Assembly: GCF_006345805.1 (NCBI RefSeq)
Contig: NC_043011.1
Coordinates: 5,642,001-5,706,000, forward strand
DNA from: Octopus sinensis
Lineage: Eukaryota
Direction of reading: 5' to 3'
DNA: 64,000 nt
Shown here: piece by piece, positions 37,508-51,724 of the stretch
How the letters are laid out: each line of letters opens with the position of its first letter
Position numbering within the stretch: position 1 is the first letter of the stretch
The notes under the pieces: model-generated
Databases searched by the model: none
Seen by the model: the letters and a program-made list of their open reading frames with translations, nothing else
Told to the model about the DNA's origin: nothing
Program-made: the position numbers and the translations under genes

Positions 37508-37836
37508 TGTAATTTAGCCCCTGGAGACATTGTCTCCAGCAGGCTATATGACATGATCTGTGTCCTTATATTTTTGAACAAGGTGTGGGTGCTGAATACC
37601 TTTGTTCGAAAATATAAAGACACTGATCGTGTCGTTTAGTCAGCTGGAGACGATGTCTCCAGGGGCTAAATTACGGTAACATTCATCCTAAACCAGGACT
37701 ACCATGTTAGGTTGGCAAACAATCTTTTATATATAGACATGTGTGCACACTTACACACACACACACACAATATTTGTGTTATTGTATTAGACTAATCATA
37801 TCTTTGAAGCTAGTCTAAAATTCAAGTTACCCTTCA
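37508..37836. repeat. Direct duplicate of 40561-40891 (truncated foldback MITE plus flank)
   Basis: About 330 bp, near-identical, including the non-palindromic right flank. Confidence 0.9.
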
Positions 37837-37968
37837 TGAGAAACCTAATCATAAAAAAATATAAATTTAACTTCTCTGAAAGTTTAGAATTGCAAAATAC
37901 TGTTCTCATGAGCACAACCCATATTCTAAGAAAAAACATTGCCAATCTGAATATATGGTTCTCTTTAA

Positions 37969-38545
37969 TCCTTTTCTTAACATATTTTTGTTGAGATGTT
38001 CTGTGTTTCTTTCAATCTTTATATATAAAAGTGAAGTTGTGTGTCTGTCTCCTACGATTTAGATTCCTAACTACTCCCACATTTTGCGTGATTCATATCG
38101 AGCCCTTTTGGGTATTAGCGCGTGTCTACGATGAGTCTACGATTTAAAAAAAAATTTACCATCATTTTTTTCCATTTTAATGCATTTTTTCGCTATTATA
38201 TAAGGGAAGTAACTCTCTAAAAATGTCTACGATGCGTCAACGATTTAAAAAAAAATTTACCATCATTTTTTTTTCATTTTTAATGCATTTTTTTGCTATT
38301 TTTGGCTATAACTCTCTAAAAATGCTTATATAGTTATTTCCCTTACAAACCCAAGCAACGCCGGGCGATACTGCTAGTTAAATATAACAAAGAATTTAGT
38401 AAAATAACTTAGTTATTATTAATTTAGTGTTAAGGACATAAATTGTGACTAAGGTTTGGTGGAAGATTTTAATTCAGAACTTTAGAAAACAAGACATTGT
38501 ACTTCAGAGCCGGAAGTGGTTTCAGCCAGGTTGGTATTGAAAGGG
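37969..38545. mobile_element. piggyBac-like MITE interrupted by a Helitron
   Basis: TTAA flanks and AAAGGG end; the body matches 44235-44454. Confidence 0.75.
38016..38377 (+). mobile_element. Non-autonomous Helitron
   Basis: 5' TC start; 3' hairpin CCCAAGCAACGCCGGG followed by ATACTGCTAG; internal ~65-bp duplication. Confidence 0.75.
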
Positions 38546-38781
38546 TTAAACTCTATCAAAACTGAAATGTCTCAAATTTCACAGAATCTTAGTTTTCTGA
38601 TCTGATCTTTCCCTACAAATATGTCATTGCTAATCAGAAATAACATCCAGAGTAAAATGTCCAACTTGCTGTTGAGGTTTCCAACAGTGGCTTGTATAAA
38701 ACAAACCAACAGCAGCATTAAACATAATAATAATAATAATTTTTTGTACTATCAGCACAGGGTCCGAAATTTTGTAGGTAG

Positions 38782-39092
38782 CAGGATTTGTTGTTGTTTG
38801 TTCCTTCTCGAGCCATGCCTGGCTCATAAGGGCTGGTTTCTCGGTTTCTTGGCATATAGGTTCCCCACTTGGACAGGACGCCAGTCCATCGCAGGTGAGC
38901 TGCAAGATGCAGGAGGAAAGAGTGAGAGAAAGTTGTGGCGAAAGAATCAGCAGAAGTTTCACCATTACCTTCTGCCGGAGCTTAGGTGTTTTCACTCATA
39001 AACACACACATCGCCCGGTCTGAGATTCGAACCCGTGATCTCTCGACCGCAAGTCCACTGCTCTAACCGCTAAGCCACGTGCCTCCACACAG
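38782..39092 (-). mobile_element. tRNA-derived SINE with a V-domain-like segment
   Basis: Head GGAGGCACGTGGCTTAGCGGTTAG...GGGTTCGAATC; GCGATGGACTGGCGTCCTGTCCA; related to 62852-63152. Confidence 0.75.
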
Positions 39093-39641
39093 GTAGCAGG
39101 ATTGGATCAATTCATGTCCAGTTGAAACTTATTTTATCAACCTCCAAACAATGAAAAACAAAGATGATCCTCATGGAATTTGAACTCAAAACATAAAGTA
39201 TTTTCCCAACATGCTAACAATTCTGCCAATTTTTCACTTTCAATAATAATAATAATAATAATATAATAATAATAATTTAAGAACAATAACAACAACACTG
39301 ATGACAAAACATAATGAGGTTAATTTACCAAGTTTTTTTTTTGTTGTTTTTTTTACACAAAATTCAGACTTTGTTTTTAAATAATACAATGGACAGAAGG
39401 TATTACCAAATAATTTGTTTGTATTTTTTGGTGTTTGTTTACATTGAATAATTTACTGGCCATTGGATTCCGGCCACTGGAGTTTTGATTTTTAACAGTT
39501 TTTTTTTTCTTTTTTATTTATTTTTTTTGGTCAACTGGAGGAATCAGTAACCATTTAACTTAACGTTGGGGTCAGTTTAATATTCCAATAGATCTTCAGT
39601 TCGTTTCTTCAACATTAAGTCAGACGGGGTGAGGGTTTTAG

Positions 39642-39672
<31 letters not shown>

Positions 39673-39702
39673 TTAAAGAGAAAGACAGACAGGGAGAAAG
39701 AG

Positions 39703-39736
<34 letters not shown>

Positions 39737-40197
39737 GAGAAGCAGGCCCAGATAGACAAGCAGATAGTGATAGACATAAATAGAAAAGAAGGGAGAGAGA
39801 GAGAGAGAGAGAGAGATGCATATAGAGAGAAGTAAACACTTACAAGCGAAGACACATCCACACTCACATCCACACACAGATACAGATAAATACATACTTA
39901 TACAGTGAGGTGGGGGCAGAGAGTTTACAAGTCAATATGAGAGGGGAAAATGAAAAAGTGGTAAAAGTTCAGAGCGACAGTGAGGTGGGGGGGGGACATG
40001 AGAGGGATTTGGTAATGTGGGCATTAATGCTGTTTATAAGTAAAACCTTATTGACAGGATGAGCGAGGAAGGACAAGAGTTCAAATACAAGAGCAGTTGG
40101 GAAGAGCGTTTGCTTAAATATAACATGGGGGACAGGGTGGGGGAATGAAACAATTAGAACAAAATATAAACAGGTGAACAAAAGACGCTGAAATTTC

Positions 40198-40251
<54 letters not shown>

Positions 40252-40506
40252 ATGCTTTCACATGCATTTGTAATAATTTTGCATATTCATCAGGATGTCT
40301 TTGCGACATATATGTAAAATATTTGAGGTTTTTGAGTATTTGTGCTTTGAAAGAAGCATGTGTATGTATATGCTTGTATATGTATACATTTATATGTATG
40401 AACATATATATATATATATATATATATATTCATTTAGAAATTATATTTATATGGAAATTATTATTTGTAAATCTCAACAAAAGATATTCAGCAACAGTCC
40501 TCTAGA

Positions 40507-40785
40507 ATAAAGATTATTTGCCAACCTGACAGGGCAGTCTTGGTTTAGGATGAATGTTGCTGTAATTTAGCCCCTGGAGACATTGTCTCCAGCTGGCTAT
40601 ATGAAAAGATCTGTGTCCTTATATTTTTGAACAAGGTGTGGGTGCTGAATACCTTCGTTCGAAAATATAAAGACACAGATCGTGTCGTTTAGCCAGCTGG
40701 AGAAGATGTCTCCAGGGGCTAAATTACGGCAACATTCATCCTAAACCAGGACTACCATGTTAGGTTGGCAAACAATCTTTTATAT
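40507..40785. mobile_element. Foldback MITE (~130-bp arms, ~15-nt loop)
   Basis: AAGATTATTTGCCAACC... / ...GGTTGGCAAACAATCTT; the arms pair almost to the centre. Confidence 0.85.
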
Positions 40786-40924
40786 ATAGACATGTGTGCA
40801 CACTTACACACACACACACACACAATATTTGTGTTATTGTATTAGACTAATCATATCTTTGAAGCTAGTCTAAAATTCAAGTTACCCTTCAAAAACATCA
40901 CGCAATATTTATAACAACCACCCT

Positions 40925-41135
40925 TTCTACCATAGGCACAAGGCCTGAAATTTGTGGGGAGTGGGCAAAGTCAATTACATCAACCCCAGTATTTAACTGA
41001 TACTTAATTCATCAACCTTGAAAGGATGAAAAATCAAAGTCGACCTTGGCAGAATTTGAACTCAGAATGCAAAGATGGACAAAATGCTGCAAAGCATTTT
41101 GCCTGGTATGCTAACAATTCTGCCAGCTTGCCACT
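40925..41135 (-). mobile_element. SINE family B, diverged
   Basis: Deu/Nin-like core. Confidence 0.7.
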
Positions 41136-43629
41136 TTAATAATAATAATAATAATAATAATAAAGAACTGCTCCTCAATAATGAAGAGGAGCAGAAAAAG
41201 GGAAAACTCTGATTCACAAATAGAACAGAAAAGAAGATTAAAGAGTGGGACTCTATTCAGGGGCTTTTGTTTTAAATCTGTTTTTTCTTTTCTTTTCTCT
41301 AATCTTTTTCTGTTATGAGAAAAAAAAAAAAAACCACTTTCCTGAACTACTTAAAGAAATCATAAGCAACAATATCAGGTGGGGAGGACTTGTATATAAT
41401 ATAATAATAATAATATTATATCTTATCGCATGGTATCAGAATATATTATACATATAAACCTTATATCGTATATGTCATATATATATAATTGCTTTTATAT
41501 GGGGAGAAGGCCATAATGCAGGGGCAAGAGAGCATTCGATTTTATTGGCCCCCAAAACTTGATTAGTACTTTTTATTGACCCCTGTAGAGATAAACCTTG
41601 GAGGGGGTTTATATATATATATATATATATGCATGTATGTATACACACACATTTAAAGTCAAAATCATATATATATTTTATATGTATTATGCATTACATA
41701 TAAATATGCATATATATATATACTCATACATATATATGTACGTACATACATATATATATATAATATATGTATTATAGAATACATATAAATATGCATATAT
41801 ATAATACATTGTTATATCATTTATTATACAGTTATTATATGTATGTATACACATAAATATGTTAAATAAGATTCGGGTAAAAACCTTGAAGAATGCTATG
41901 CAAAGCTTGTCCACCAGTATTGGCTACCTGATGTCATCATACAGTGGAAATGCTCCAGCAACAGGCTATACATCAGTGATTCCATAGTATACGTAGAGTT
42001 TATACAAATAGATAAATGATAGAAAAAGGAATGAATGACATTCTTTATTTAAAACCACTTCTCGGTGAGTTTAAATAATACAATTCATTCAATTTCCCAT
42101 CATCTAATCTATTCATAAATATATATATATATATATAATGTATATAATTATAAACATATATATACGTAAGATACATATGTTTATATATATGTATAAATAT
42201 ATTTGCTTACACACAATTATCTTGAAGAGACCAACTGCTTTGTCTTTAGACGGTATCATAATACTTCAACCGATAGAAACAGCCCCATGATTATTTTGTG
42301 GCTGTTCTTGCCATTGTCATTTGACTCCATATCCTCCTCATCATCATCCTCATCATATAAACATTAACACCACTATCATCATCATCGTCGTCGGCAGTGT
42401 GTTCTTGTAAACCTTACACTGAAGCGACAAAGTAATTGATCATCACATTGAAAGGTAGACAGACAGGTAACGGCTACCGAAAAAGCCATATTTTTTTCAG
42501 CAAATTTGAGTTTTTAGCTCCTTTACCTTGTTGGTCAGGACTGGTGGCTCCTCCCTACATGAAATACCAAAAGAAAAGAAGAAGAAAAAAATAGGGGGAC
42601 GCATAGAAAATGAAATATATAAAGAATGAAAAAGGGGGCTGCCTTGTTATCAATGGAAGGAAATATTTTGAGGGAATTGTAATAAACTGTTGATGGTTTA
42701 TAATAATGATAATAATAAGCAGAATTGTAATATTTTGTGATGACAATAAGAGAAATAATGGTTTCAATCTTTGGTACAAGGTCCGCAATTTGAGGAGAGG
42801 GGTTTGACCTCTGTGCTTAGCTGGTATGAAAGACAAAGCTGACATTGGTGGGATTTGAACAAAATTCTGCTGAGCATTTTGCCCAGCATGCTAACAATTC
42901 TGCCAACTCAGTCTTCGTAATATTTAATAGTAATATTAATAATGATGATAATATCTAATGGTAAAACAGGACTAGTCTTAATATCAAAAATATTTAATAA
43001 AAATAATAGCAATGCTCATAATATTAAAATTGTAAATTACAATGATAATTTAACAAAATAATAGTAATATTTATTGATAATACTAAAATAGTAATAATTA
43101 AAATAGTAATAATTTATAATTTATATTGTAATAATTTATGCTAAAATGTAGTATTAATAAGTTGTCCTGATATTTAATAATTTTAAATGATATTAGTTAT
43201 GATTTTTAATAGTAGAAACCCCCACTAAATTTTGATGAAAGGAACTGTTGAATATATTCACTGGAATATTTGATGGGTAAAGGTGACCCCCAACTAGAGT
43301 TGAAATCAGAATGTAATGGGCTGGGATTATTATATATAAGGCATTTGGTCTGGTACCCTGCTGATTCTGTCTGTTGCCCCAATACTACTACTACTAATAA
43401 TAATAATGGTACAAGACCAATAATTTTGAGGGGAGGGGGACAAGTTGATTACATCAACCTTAATACATGATTGGTACTTTATTAACCCTGAAAGGGCAAC
43501 AGGCAATGTGACCTTGGTGGGATTTGAACACAATGTAAAAAAAAAACTGAAAGAAATGCCACTTTGCATTTTGTTCTGATATGCTAATGGTTTGGCCAAT
43601 CCGTCACTATAATAATAATAATAATAATA

Positions 43630-44190
43630 AATGCCCTGATGCAGTACCAGGCATTGGCTCTCATGGCTTCTGATCTTAACTGATTGGAAGTGTTATCATG
43701 TACATTGTTTTGTCTTGGCATAAAAGATGGCCTACAGCAAACATCCTGCTCAATACCACAGATTTGCTTGTCAGTTGTTTGACCTTAACCAGTTGAGCAT
43801 GTCCCTTAGTGGCTGACGATATGTGCATCTCTGATCACGAGCAGAAGTAGTGGGGGAGCATCATAGCCATGTGTTGAGAGGGATTCTTTGGGGTTTGAAT
43901 AATTCACCTCTGGAAACATGGGTGTTTCATTCAACATCCTTAAACAACCCTTATTCAGGGACCTTTTGAGCAGGATGGGTTACTCGACCTGAAGAAAATT
44001 CTAAGTGGGCCCCACCTGCAAGGTCATGTGCTGTTTATCTTGATATGAGATCACCATGTCGCGCACATATGGTTGTGATGCATGTGCCTTGTGTACCCTT
44101 ATCAGACGGGTAGTCATGATGGGTATACTGGGCTTCGTATATTTTACCCCAGTGTCACTTTGATGGCATGAACTGCTCTCTCACTCAATA
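43630..44190. mobile_element. Unclassified ~560-bp insertion bounded by (TAA)n tracts
   Basis: GC content is higher than the flanks and TAA repeats abut both ends; no ORF. Confidence 0.4.
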
Positions 44191-44234
44191 ATAATAATAA
44201 AAATAATCTTACAAAAACTCTTTTGGGAGTTTAA

Positions 44235-44454
44235 CCCTTTCGTTACCAACCCGGCTGAAACCAACTCTGGCTCTGAGTACAAATGTCTTGTTTTCAAAAG
44301 TTATGAATTAAAATCTTCCACTAAACCTTAGTCCCAATTTATGTTCCTAACACTAGCTTAATGATAACTAAGTTATTTTACTAAATTCTTTGTTATATTT
44401 AAAATAATTGAAAGAAATACGGAGCATCTCAAAATAAATACGGTAACGAAAGGG
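44235..44454. mobile_element. piggyBac-like MITE
   Basis: TTAA|CCCTTTCGTTACC ... GGTAACGAAAGGG|TTAA; 13-bp perfect TIR. Confidence 0.9.
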
Positions 44455-44869
44455 TTAAAATCCAAACAGATCGAGTGGTACGGTTCCATTAACTGGGGAT
44501 TTTTATGGCTTAGAAAAGCGATGCAAAAATATGACATTTCAAATGTAGCTACCCCAGATACCCACAGTATGGCAAAGAGCTTGAGAAAAAAATTGATAAA
44601 TCTTGAGTGTTCGGTTTGGAAATTTCAAGAATGTGGAACTCAAGAACTAAAGCTGTGCCAACAGTAATTGGAGCTGTTGGCTTTGTTCCTACCAAGTTTG
44701 CAACACATCTCCAAGCTAAATATAATATCTAATATTGTAACTTTACAAAAATAGACACCACTTGGATCTGTAGAAATCCTGCTGAAGGTACTTGGGTCAT
44801 ATGACTTGAGGGAGAGCACCCAGTATGTGACTGGTTAAGACCTGAAGCCTAAGGTAATAATCTTTTATG

Positions 44870-45075
44870 CTATAGACACAAAGCCTGAAATTTTGTTGGA
44901 TATGAGATAGTCAACTACATCAACCCCAGGGTGTAACTGGTACTTAATTTATCGACTCTGAAAGATTGAAAGGCAAAGTCGACCTCAGCAGAATTTGAAT
45001 TCAGAGCGTAAAGACAGACGAAATACTGCTAAGCATTTTACCCGGCATGCTAACGTTTCTGCCAGCTCACCGCCT
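44870..45075 (-). mobile_element. SINE family B
   Basis: Deu/Nin-like core. Confidence 0.75.
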
Positions 45076-45594
45076 TTCTAGCATAATTATTAAGTCTAGA
45101 AATGTTTGGGAGACAAAGGAGAATCAATTAGATGGACATGAACCCCAGTAGTTAGGTGGTACTTTATTTTATTAATTAGACAAAGAATGAGATGCTAAGT
45201 AGATTTTGGCAGGATTTGAACTTAGTATCTAAAGAGCAGTAACAATAATAGTAATAATAATAATAATAATACTATTTAGTTTCATTGATGAAGAGGAGGA
45301 GAAGATAAATCCATATCTTTAGAAAGAACCCAATACAAGCAAACAAACAAACAAAAAAGCAAAAATCATGCAAGTTCTAGCATGCTGAAGCAAAAATTGT
45401 TCCTGTTAATTATTTGTTCGAAAATACATTAACGTGTAATATGTGTGTTTACTTATGTTCACTTACGTTCACTTATGTTCATCTATTCAAAATATCATAA
45501 TATCTTTGATATTGGCTGATGGTCTAAATTCTCTTAAAATTGAGATTGAATAAATACTTAAGATGTTCAGAAACTTAAAAATAAAAAATATATA

Positions 45595-45975
45595 GGCACT
45601 GGAGTGGCTGTGTGGTAAGTAGCTTGCTAACCAACCACAAGGTTCCGGGTTCAGTCCCACTGCGTGGCATCTTGGGCAAGTGTCTTCTGCTATAGCCCCG
45701 GGCCGACCAATGCCTTGTGAGTGGATTTGGTAGACGGAAACTGAAAGAAGACCATCGTATATATGTATGTGTGTTTGCGTGTGTGTGTTTGTCCCCCTAG
45801 CATTGCTTGACAACCGATGCTGGTGAGTTTACGTCCCCGTCACTTAGCGGTTCGGCAAAAGAGACCAATAGAATAAGTACTGGGCTTACAAAGAATAAGT
45901 CCCTGGGTCGATTTACTCGACTAAAGGCGGTGCTCCAGCATGGCCGCAGTCAAATGACTGAAACAAGTAAAAGAG
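45595..45975 (+). mobile_element. SINE family A
   Basis: Reverse complement of 299-709. Confidence 0.9.
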
Positions 45976-46399
45976 TATATATATTATATAAATCATTTAT
46001 GGAAATTAGTCTAAGCCATAAACATTGTATTCTTTTTGCGTATATGTCTGTGTCCTGTTGTTCAGGACATATTGTAGAACTGCCATGCTGATGATGTTTA
46101 ATAAGGCAGAAACATGTCCAAACCCACCCTCTTGTCTCCAAACTATCACACAGTCTTTTCCTTAATGGTAAGTTGGTTTTGGATGATTCTTGACTCTCGG
46201 GATTATCTTCCCTTCCCATTTGGTTCTGGTCTCAGTTGCCATCAGGTAATTGTTCTACCTTCTCTGAAACTGGAGGTAATTTCAACAAATCAAGAATCTA
46301 TGATGTCCATTACCTAATATATCCTTATTCCTCTTTGTTGTTCAAATATATTCCACTGGTCCCTCTGAATTGTTTCTCCCTTTAAGTTCCACTTATTTT

Positions 46400-46720
46400 T
46401 AAAGACTGGCACTCGGTCAGTTACAGCAACTAAAGTTCCAGTTGATCACATCAATAGAACAGCCTGCTTGCAAAGTTAAAATACAAGTGGCTGAGTGCTC
46501 CACAGACATGTCCTCTTAACATGCTTCACAGTGAGATTCAGCATGACACAGAATGTGATAAGGTTGGCCCCATTGAATTACAAGTACAACTCACTTTCAC
46601 CAGCTGAGTGGACTGGAGCAAAGTGAACTAAAGTGTCTTACTGAAGGACCCAATGCATCACTGGGAACTGAACTCACAACCTAGAGCCGAATACCCTAAC
46701 CACTGAGCCACGTTCCTTCA
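46400..46720 (-). mobile_element. tRNA-derived SINE with CORE-like segment
   Basis: AGCTGAGTGGACTGGAGCAA...GTGTCTT motif; related copies at 56590-56840 and 61230-61440. Confidence 0.6.
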
Positions 46721-49372
46721 CTAAGTTCCATGTAAACAAGGTTACTCAGACAGCAGCCTGTATCTAAGATGGTGTCAGGATTCAAACAGAGAAGGCACAG
46801 GGCTGAAAGAGAAACAACACCTCTCACCCAACCGTTTCATCTTCCATCGACCAAGACTTATCAGCTTCACTCAACAGAGTGGAGGAAGAGAAGTTGACCT
46901 CAGTCAGACTTGAACTTGGGACCAAGACCTTTGGCATTATGTCGTACTTGAGAAGAAGATTCATCAAGCCAAGCAAAATCATAGTCATGGCAGATACCGG
47001 TGTCACACAAATTGGCACCCGTGCCAGTGGCACATAAATGCACCCCAATATCAAGCAAATGGCACCTGTGCCAGTGGCACATAAAAGCACACATTACACT
47101 CTCAGAGCGGTTGGCGTTAGAATGGGCATCCAGCCCTAGAAAACGATGCCAAATCAGACTGGAGCCTGGTGCAGTGTGCCAGCCATGGGACCCACATCAT
47201 CGTAACTGATTGAGAGCCAGTGTTGTCTGAGTTCATATCCTGCCCAGAACAACAATTGTTTTTCATTCTCCCAGGGTAAAAATAACATAAAATAAGTACA
47301 AGTAGGCACGAATTAATGAACCAGAGCTAATTAGTGACTCTGTGACTAATTAGAAATCCTTTTTATTGATGTTATTAATTCTAGGATCTGTTTTTTAAGA
47401 CCTGCTTTGCAATAGTGGTTTAGTGTGTGTGTGCGTATGTTGATGACTGTGTATGTGAGTGTGTGAATGAGGGTCAGTGCGTATGCAAGGAAAGGGGGAA
47501 CGCTAGAGACTAAAGCCTCACCCCCTTTGGAGAGAGATTTCTGAGCTGTTTTTGGTTTAGTTGATTGCAGTATCATCAGCCTCATCATCAAGGATGGTGA
47601 TGGTGGTATCTACGGCTTTGTTTCTAACACTGCAAACTGAAAAAGGAACTTAGTTATACAGTGCTCCTGCTGCCTACAGCAGTGAGTTGTGGCCCTTCAT
47701 GTGGTAACTGTTGACGATAGGTGTCTGCTGGGTTAAACAAGATAATCTGTAGACCAGGTTTTCTACACCCTTGAGATATATATATACTGTATACCATATA
47801 CTAGATATAGAGACAACTACTTCTGGCTGCTTCCATGTTGTAAAACGAAAGTAGAGAGCGATTCATTTCTTTGTATTATATCACATTTGGTGAATAACAG
47901 TTCCAGTAATGGTTTGCAAATACCAAGCCAATTACTGAGTCTCTGACACTGAGAATGACAAGGGATAGTCTATGCAACTCGGTACGAAACAAACACCACA
48001 CAGGGGAATTTTATTGAGAGCATAATTATTTTTTCTTCTACATCATTTACCAACAGACTTTGGCAAAGGACACATACATTGTGTGTGTGTGTGTGTGTGT
48101 GTGTGTATACATCTGCAGTCAAGTTGAAAACCATTTTAGATAACTGCACAAGAATGTAGCCCCTCTCATTGAGATCCATGATCAAATTTCATTCCACATG
48201 TCAAAAAAAAAAACAAAAAAAATCAGAAACAAATTGGAGCAATCTAAGGGTCCATGGTTGTAGTAATCTAAAGATCCATGGTAGGAGATCCTAAAGGGAT
48301 CTCACTTGCAACTCCTTTATGCTTTTAGAAGCCTGCTCTTGTTAACCACGAGAGAGACCACATACTGGAAGACAAGCACAAGATGTCTGTGTGCATATGG
48401 GTCCACCAACTGCATTATGTCCCTGCTGTTCTTTTATACTTGTGTGCATCAGTAAAGTATTATTGGGTTGGAATCCAGTTTTTATGAATGCGCAGAGAGC
48501 AACCCTTGTTGTTGACGTCCTTGATAAAAGTTTTTGCTAAATTTGTTAGAAATCATTCCAGACCAAGTCAGAGTTTCAGTTGTCGTTTAAGGGCCCTTGG
48601 TAGAGAAGCTCCACAAACCTGATTTAGATAAATGACCACAATAATAAAGTAGTGGAGCTTGAAACTGAGTTAATGATCAATGAGGCTGTGGGGTTAAAAA
48701 GTTTACTTCCCATACTCATGGCCGTGGGTTCAGTCCCATTGCATGGCACCTTGGGCAAGTACCTTCTACTATAGTTTCGGAGTGAATCAACACATTTTGA
48801 GTGAATTTGGTAGATGGAAACTGAAAGAAGCCCATCATGTATGTATGTATGTGAGTATATACATGTATGTAGATGTGGTGGTGTGTATGTGTCTCTGAGT
48901 CTTGGTATTGCATGATAGTTATAAATGAGCACCCCCATCATACAACTGTGTCATTTGTTTCTAGTTTTCTGTCAAAACATGGCCTTTGATTGGAAACAGA
49001 CAAGGGTTGGTGACAGGAAGAGCATCCAGCTATAGAAACATTTGCCTCAACACATCCCATCTTAACCAATCCAAGCACAGAAAAGTGGACATTGAAGGAT
49101 GATATCTACGATGGACCTCCACAGCTTCTGTCCACCAAATTCAATTCACTAAGCACTGGTCAACCTGAATCTAAAGAAGCAGATCTTGTCCAAGGTACCA
49201 TGCAGTGAGATTGAACTCAAATCCACTTGGTTGTGAGGTAAACTTCATTACACGGCCATACCTTTGTTCCATTCTAGGTGTGTTCCCATCTCCCTGCTTC
49301 CCACACTTGCTGGCAATGTCTGTGGACCTGTGTCAGAACTGAAGAAATTTTAATTGGATGACATGGAAGACA

Positions 49373-49760
49373 CATCATCATCATCGTCGTTTAGCGTCCG
49401 CTTTCCATGTTGGCATGGGTGCAACTGGGGTCTGGGAAACCAGAAGGCTGCACCAGACCCAGTCTGATCAGGCAATGTTTCTATGGCTGGATGCCCTTCC
49501 TAACGCCAACCACTCCATGAGTGTAGTGGGTGCTTTTTACATGCCACCGGCACAGGTGCCAGACGAGACTGGTAAATGGCCACGATCGGATGGTGCTTTT
49601 TACATGCCACCGGCACGGAGGCCAGACGAGGCTGGCAACGGCCACAATCGGATGGTGCTTTTTACGTGCCACCTGCACGGAAGCCAGTCGGGGTGGCGCT
49701 GGCAACAGCCATATTCGGATGGTTCTCTTATGTGCCACCGGCACTGGTATCACAGCTGCA
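49373..49760 (-). mobile_element. RTE-tail repeat with internal ~58-bp tandem units
   Basis: Matches the RTE 3' UTR at 10790-11092; the ATGGTGCTTTTTAYRTGCCACC unit is repeated. Confidence 0.75.
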
Positions 49761-50117
49761 ATTTCCAGTGAACACAGTGAACAGTAATTATGTAGAGGTT
49801 AATGAGTGCAACAGCTGAAAACATGAGTGTGGTGGTGGTGGGGGAGATGGGGGTGTTTGTGCAACCAGCAACTTACCCACCCGTAACCTCAGTGGTGGAC
49901 GGTTGATGCTGTTGTTGTTGTTGTTGGTTGTTGTTGTCACTTTCTCGGCACCAACATGAAGAGAGATTCTGAAACTGGTAAATTGATGATTATAAGCAAC
50001 AGTCTTATAACTGAGGCTGAGGGTCAAGTGGATGTAAGTCTGTGTTGTAAATGAAATTACTGAATAGAATGAGGTGTGTGTGTGTGTATGTGTGTGCTTG
50101 TGGATATGTGTATGTTT

Positions 50118-50338
50118 ATGTAGGGGTGCTGAAAAGTTCCTGTCTTTGGGTAAAAGAAAATAGAGGAGGATCAGTTAATTATGATTTTACTTAACATATT
50201 CCCCTCTCAGACTCCTGCACTTATTGCAGAAGTCCTTCAGTTTTTTTTAAGTCCTGTAAAAGAACTTGGAAGGTTGGACCTCCAATCAGGCCTTTCGCAA
50301 TACTCTTAAAACCAGGAACCTTTCAGCAGCCCTTCGCA
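50118..50338. mobile_element. Tc1/mariner-type MITE
   Basis: Paralogue of 35575-35795. Confidence 0.7.
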
Positions 50339-51350
50339 TATGTGTGTATATATATGTGCGTATATATGTATACACATAAACACACTAACACAGCCAACTC
50401 ATCTACATCACATGGTCTGGTGATTTTACTCCCCAGCCACCTATCCCACAGGTTAACATTACTTCAGATTCATTTCTCCCCACAGATCTCCCACATTCAA
50501 TGCTACATGTTTCATCACCATGTGGCATTGCAACTGACATCACCTGTTACTTTTAAAAGCCCATCCACTCCCTCAGCTCATAGACCCTCTCCCTTCCACA
50601 CCAACTTTCACACAAATCCTGTCCCCTTTCATTCCACTCTAATTTTCACAGATCTTCCACCACACTCACTGCCCACGTCTCACTTTAACGTGTTTTACAG
50701 TCTGAGATTTTCAGAGAGAGAGAGAGAGAAAACTTTTGCCATTAATATGTGCATGCATGGCTGTGTGATAAGAAGCTTACTTCCTAACCACATGGTTCCA
50801 GGTTCAGTCCTACTGTGTGGCATCTTAGGCAAGTTTCTTCTACTAAGGTCTTAGGCCAATCAAAGCCTTGTGAGTGAATTTGCTTGGCAGAAACTGAAAC
50901 AAGCCTTACGTATCTATATGTGTGTGTTTGTCCCCCCACCATCGCTTGACAACCGGTGTTGGTGTGTTTACATCCCAGTAACCAAGTGGTTCAACAAAAG
51001 TGACTGATAGGCTTAATACCAGGCTTAAAAAACAATGTACTGCGGTTGATTTATTCGACTAAAAAATTCTTCAAGGCAGTGCTTCAGCATGGTCGCAGTC
51101 TAATGGCTGAAACAAGTAAAAGAGTAAAGGGTCAGAGGTAATAGTTACCTCACCTTTGACCCCTCTTATTCCAGCTACAACATTCTCATTATAACAAATA
51201 TCTACACTAATTACATCACCATGGTTACAGCAATTATCACCTGTATCAAAAGAGCCAGGTGTGTAGCTGAACATCATTTCATGTCTGATACGGGTGTTAG
51301 CTTTTTTATCTATCACATTTGAGGTCTTGGTATCCTCTGTCAGTCTATGA

Positions 51351-51683
51351 CACTGTTTCTCAACCTTTTTACCCTTGCATACCCTTAAAATAAATTACAT
51401 GTCTCATGGAACCCCTGCACAAAAGAATATACACACACACATATATATGGTTGTTGTATTTTTTTGATAACATAACAGGTTAGATAGGATGATGTCTATA
51501 TTACAATACTACAATAGGTGCAGGAGTGGCTGTGTGGTAAGTAGCTTGCTAACCAACCACATGGTTCCGGGTTCAATCCCACTGCGTGGCATCTTGGGCA
51601 AGTGTCTTCTGCTATAGCCCCGGGCCAACCAATGCCTTGTGAGTGGATTTAGTAGACGGAAACTGAAAGAAGCCTGTCGTATA

Positions 51684-51724
<41 letters not shown>

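Noticed and set aside
43630-44190. HDV-like ribozyme in the TAA-flanked element
   Set aside because: The nested double pseudoknot could not be assembled by hand; an RNArobo or Infernal search would be needed.
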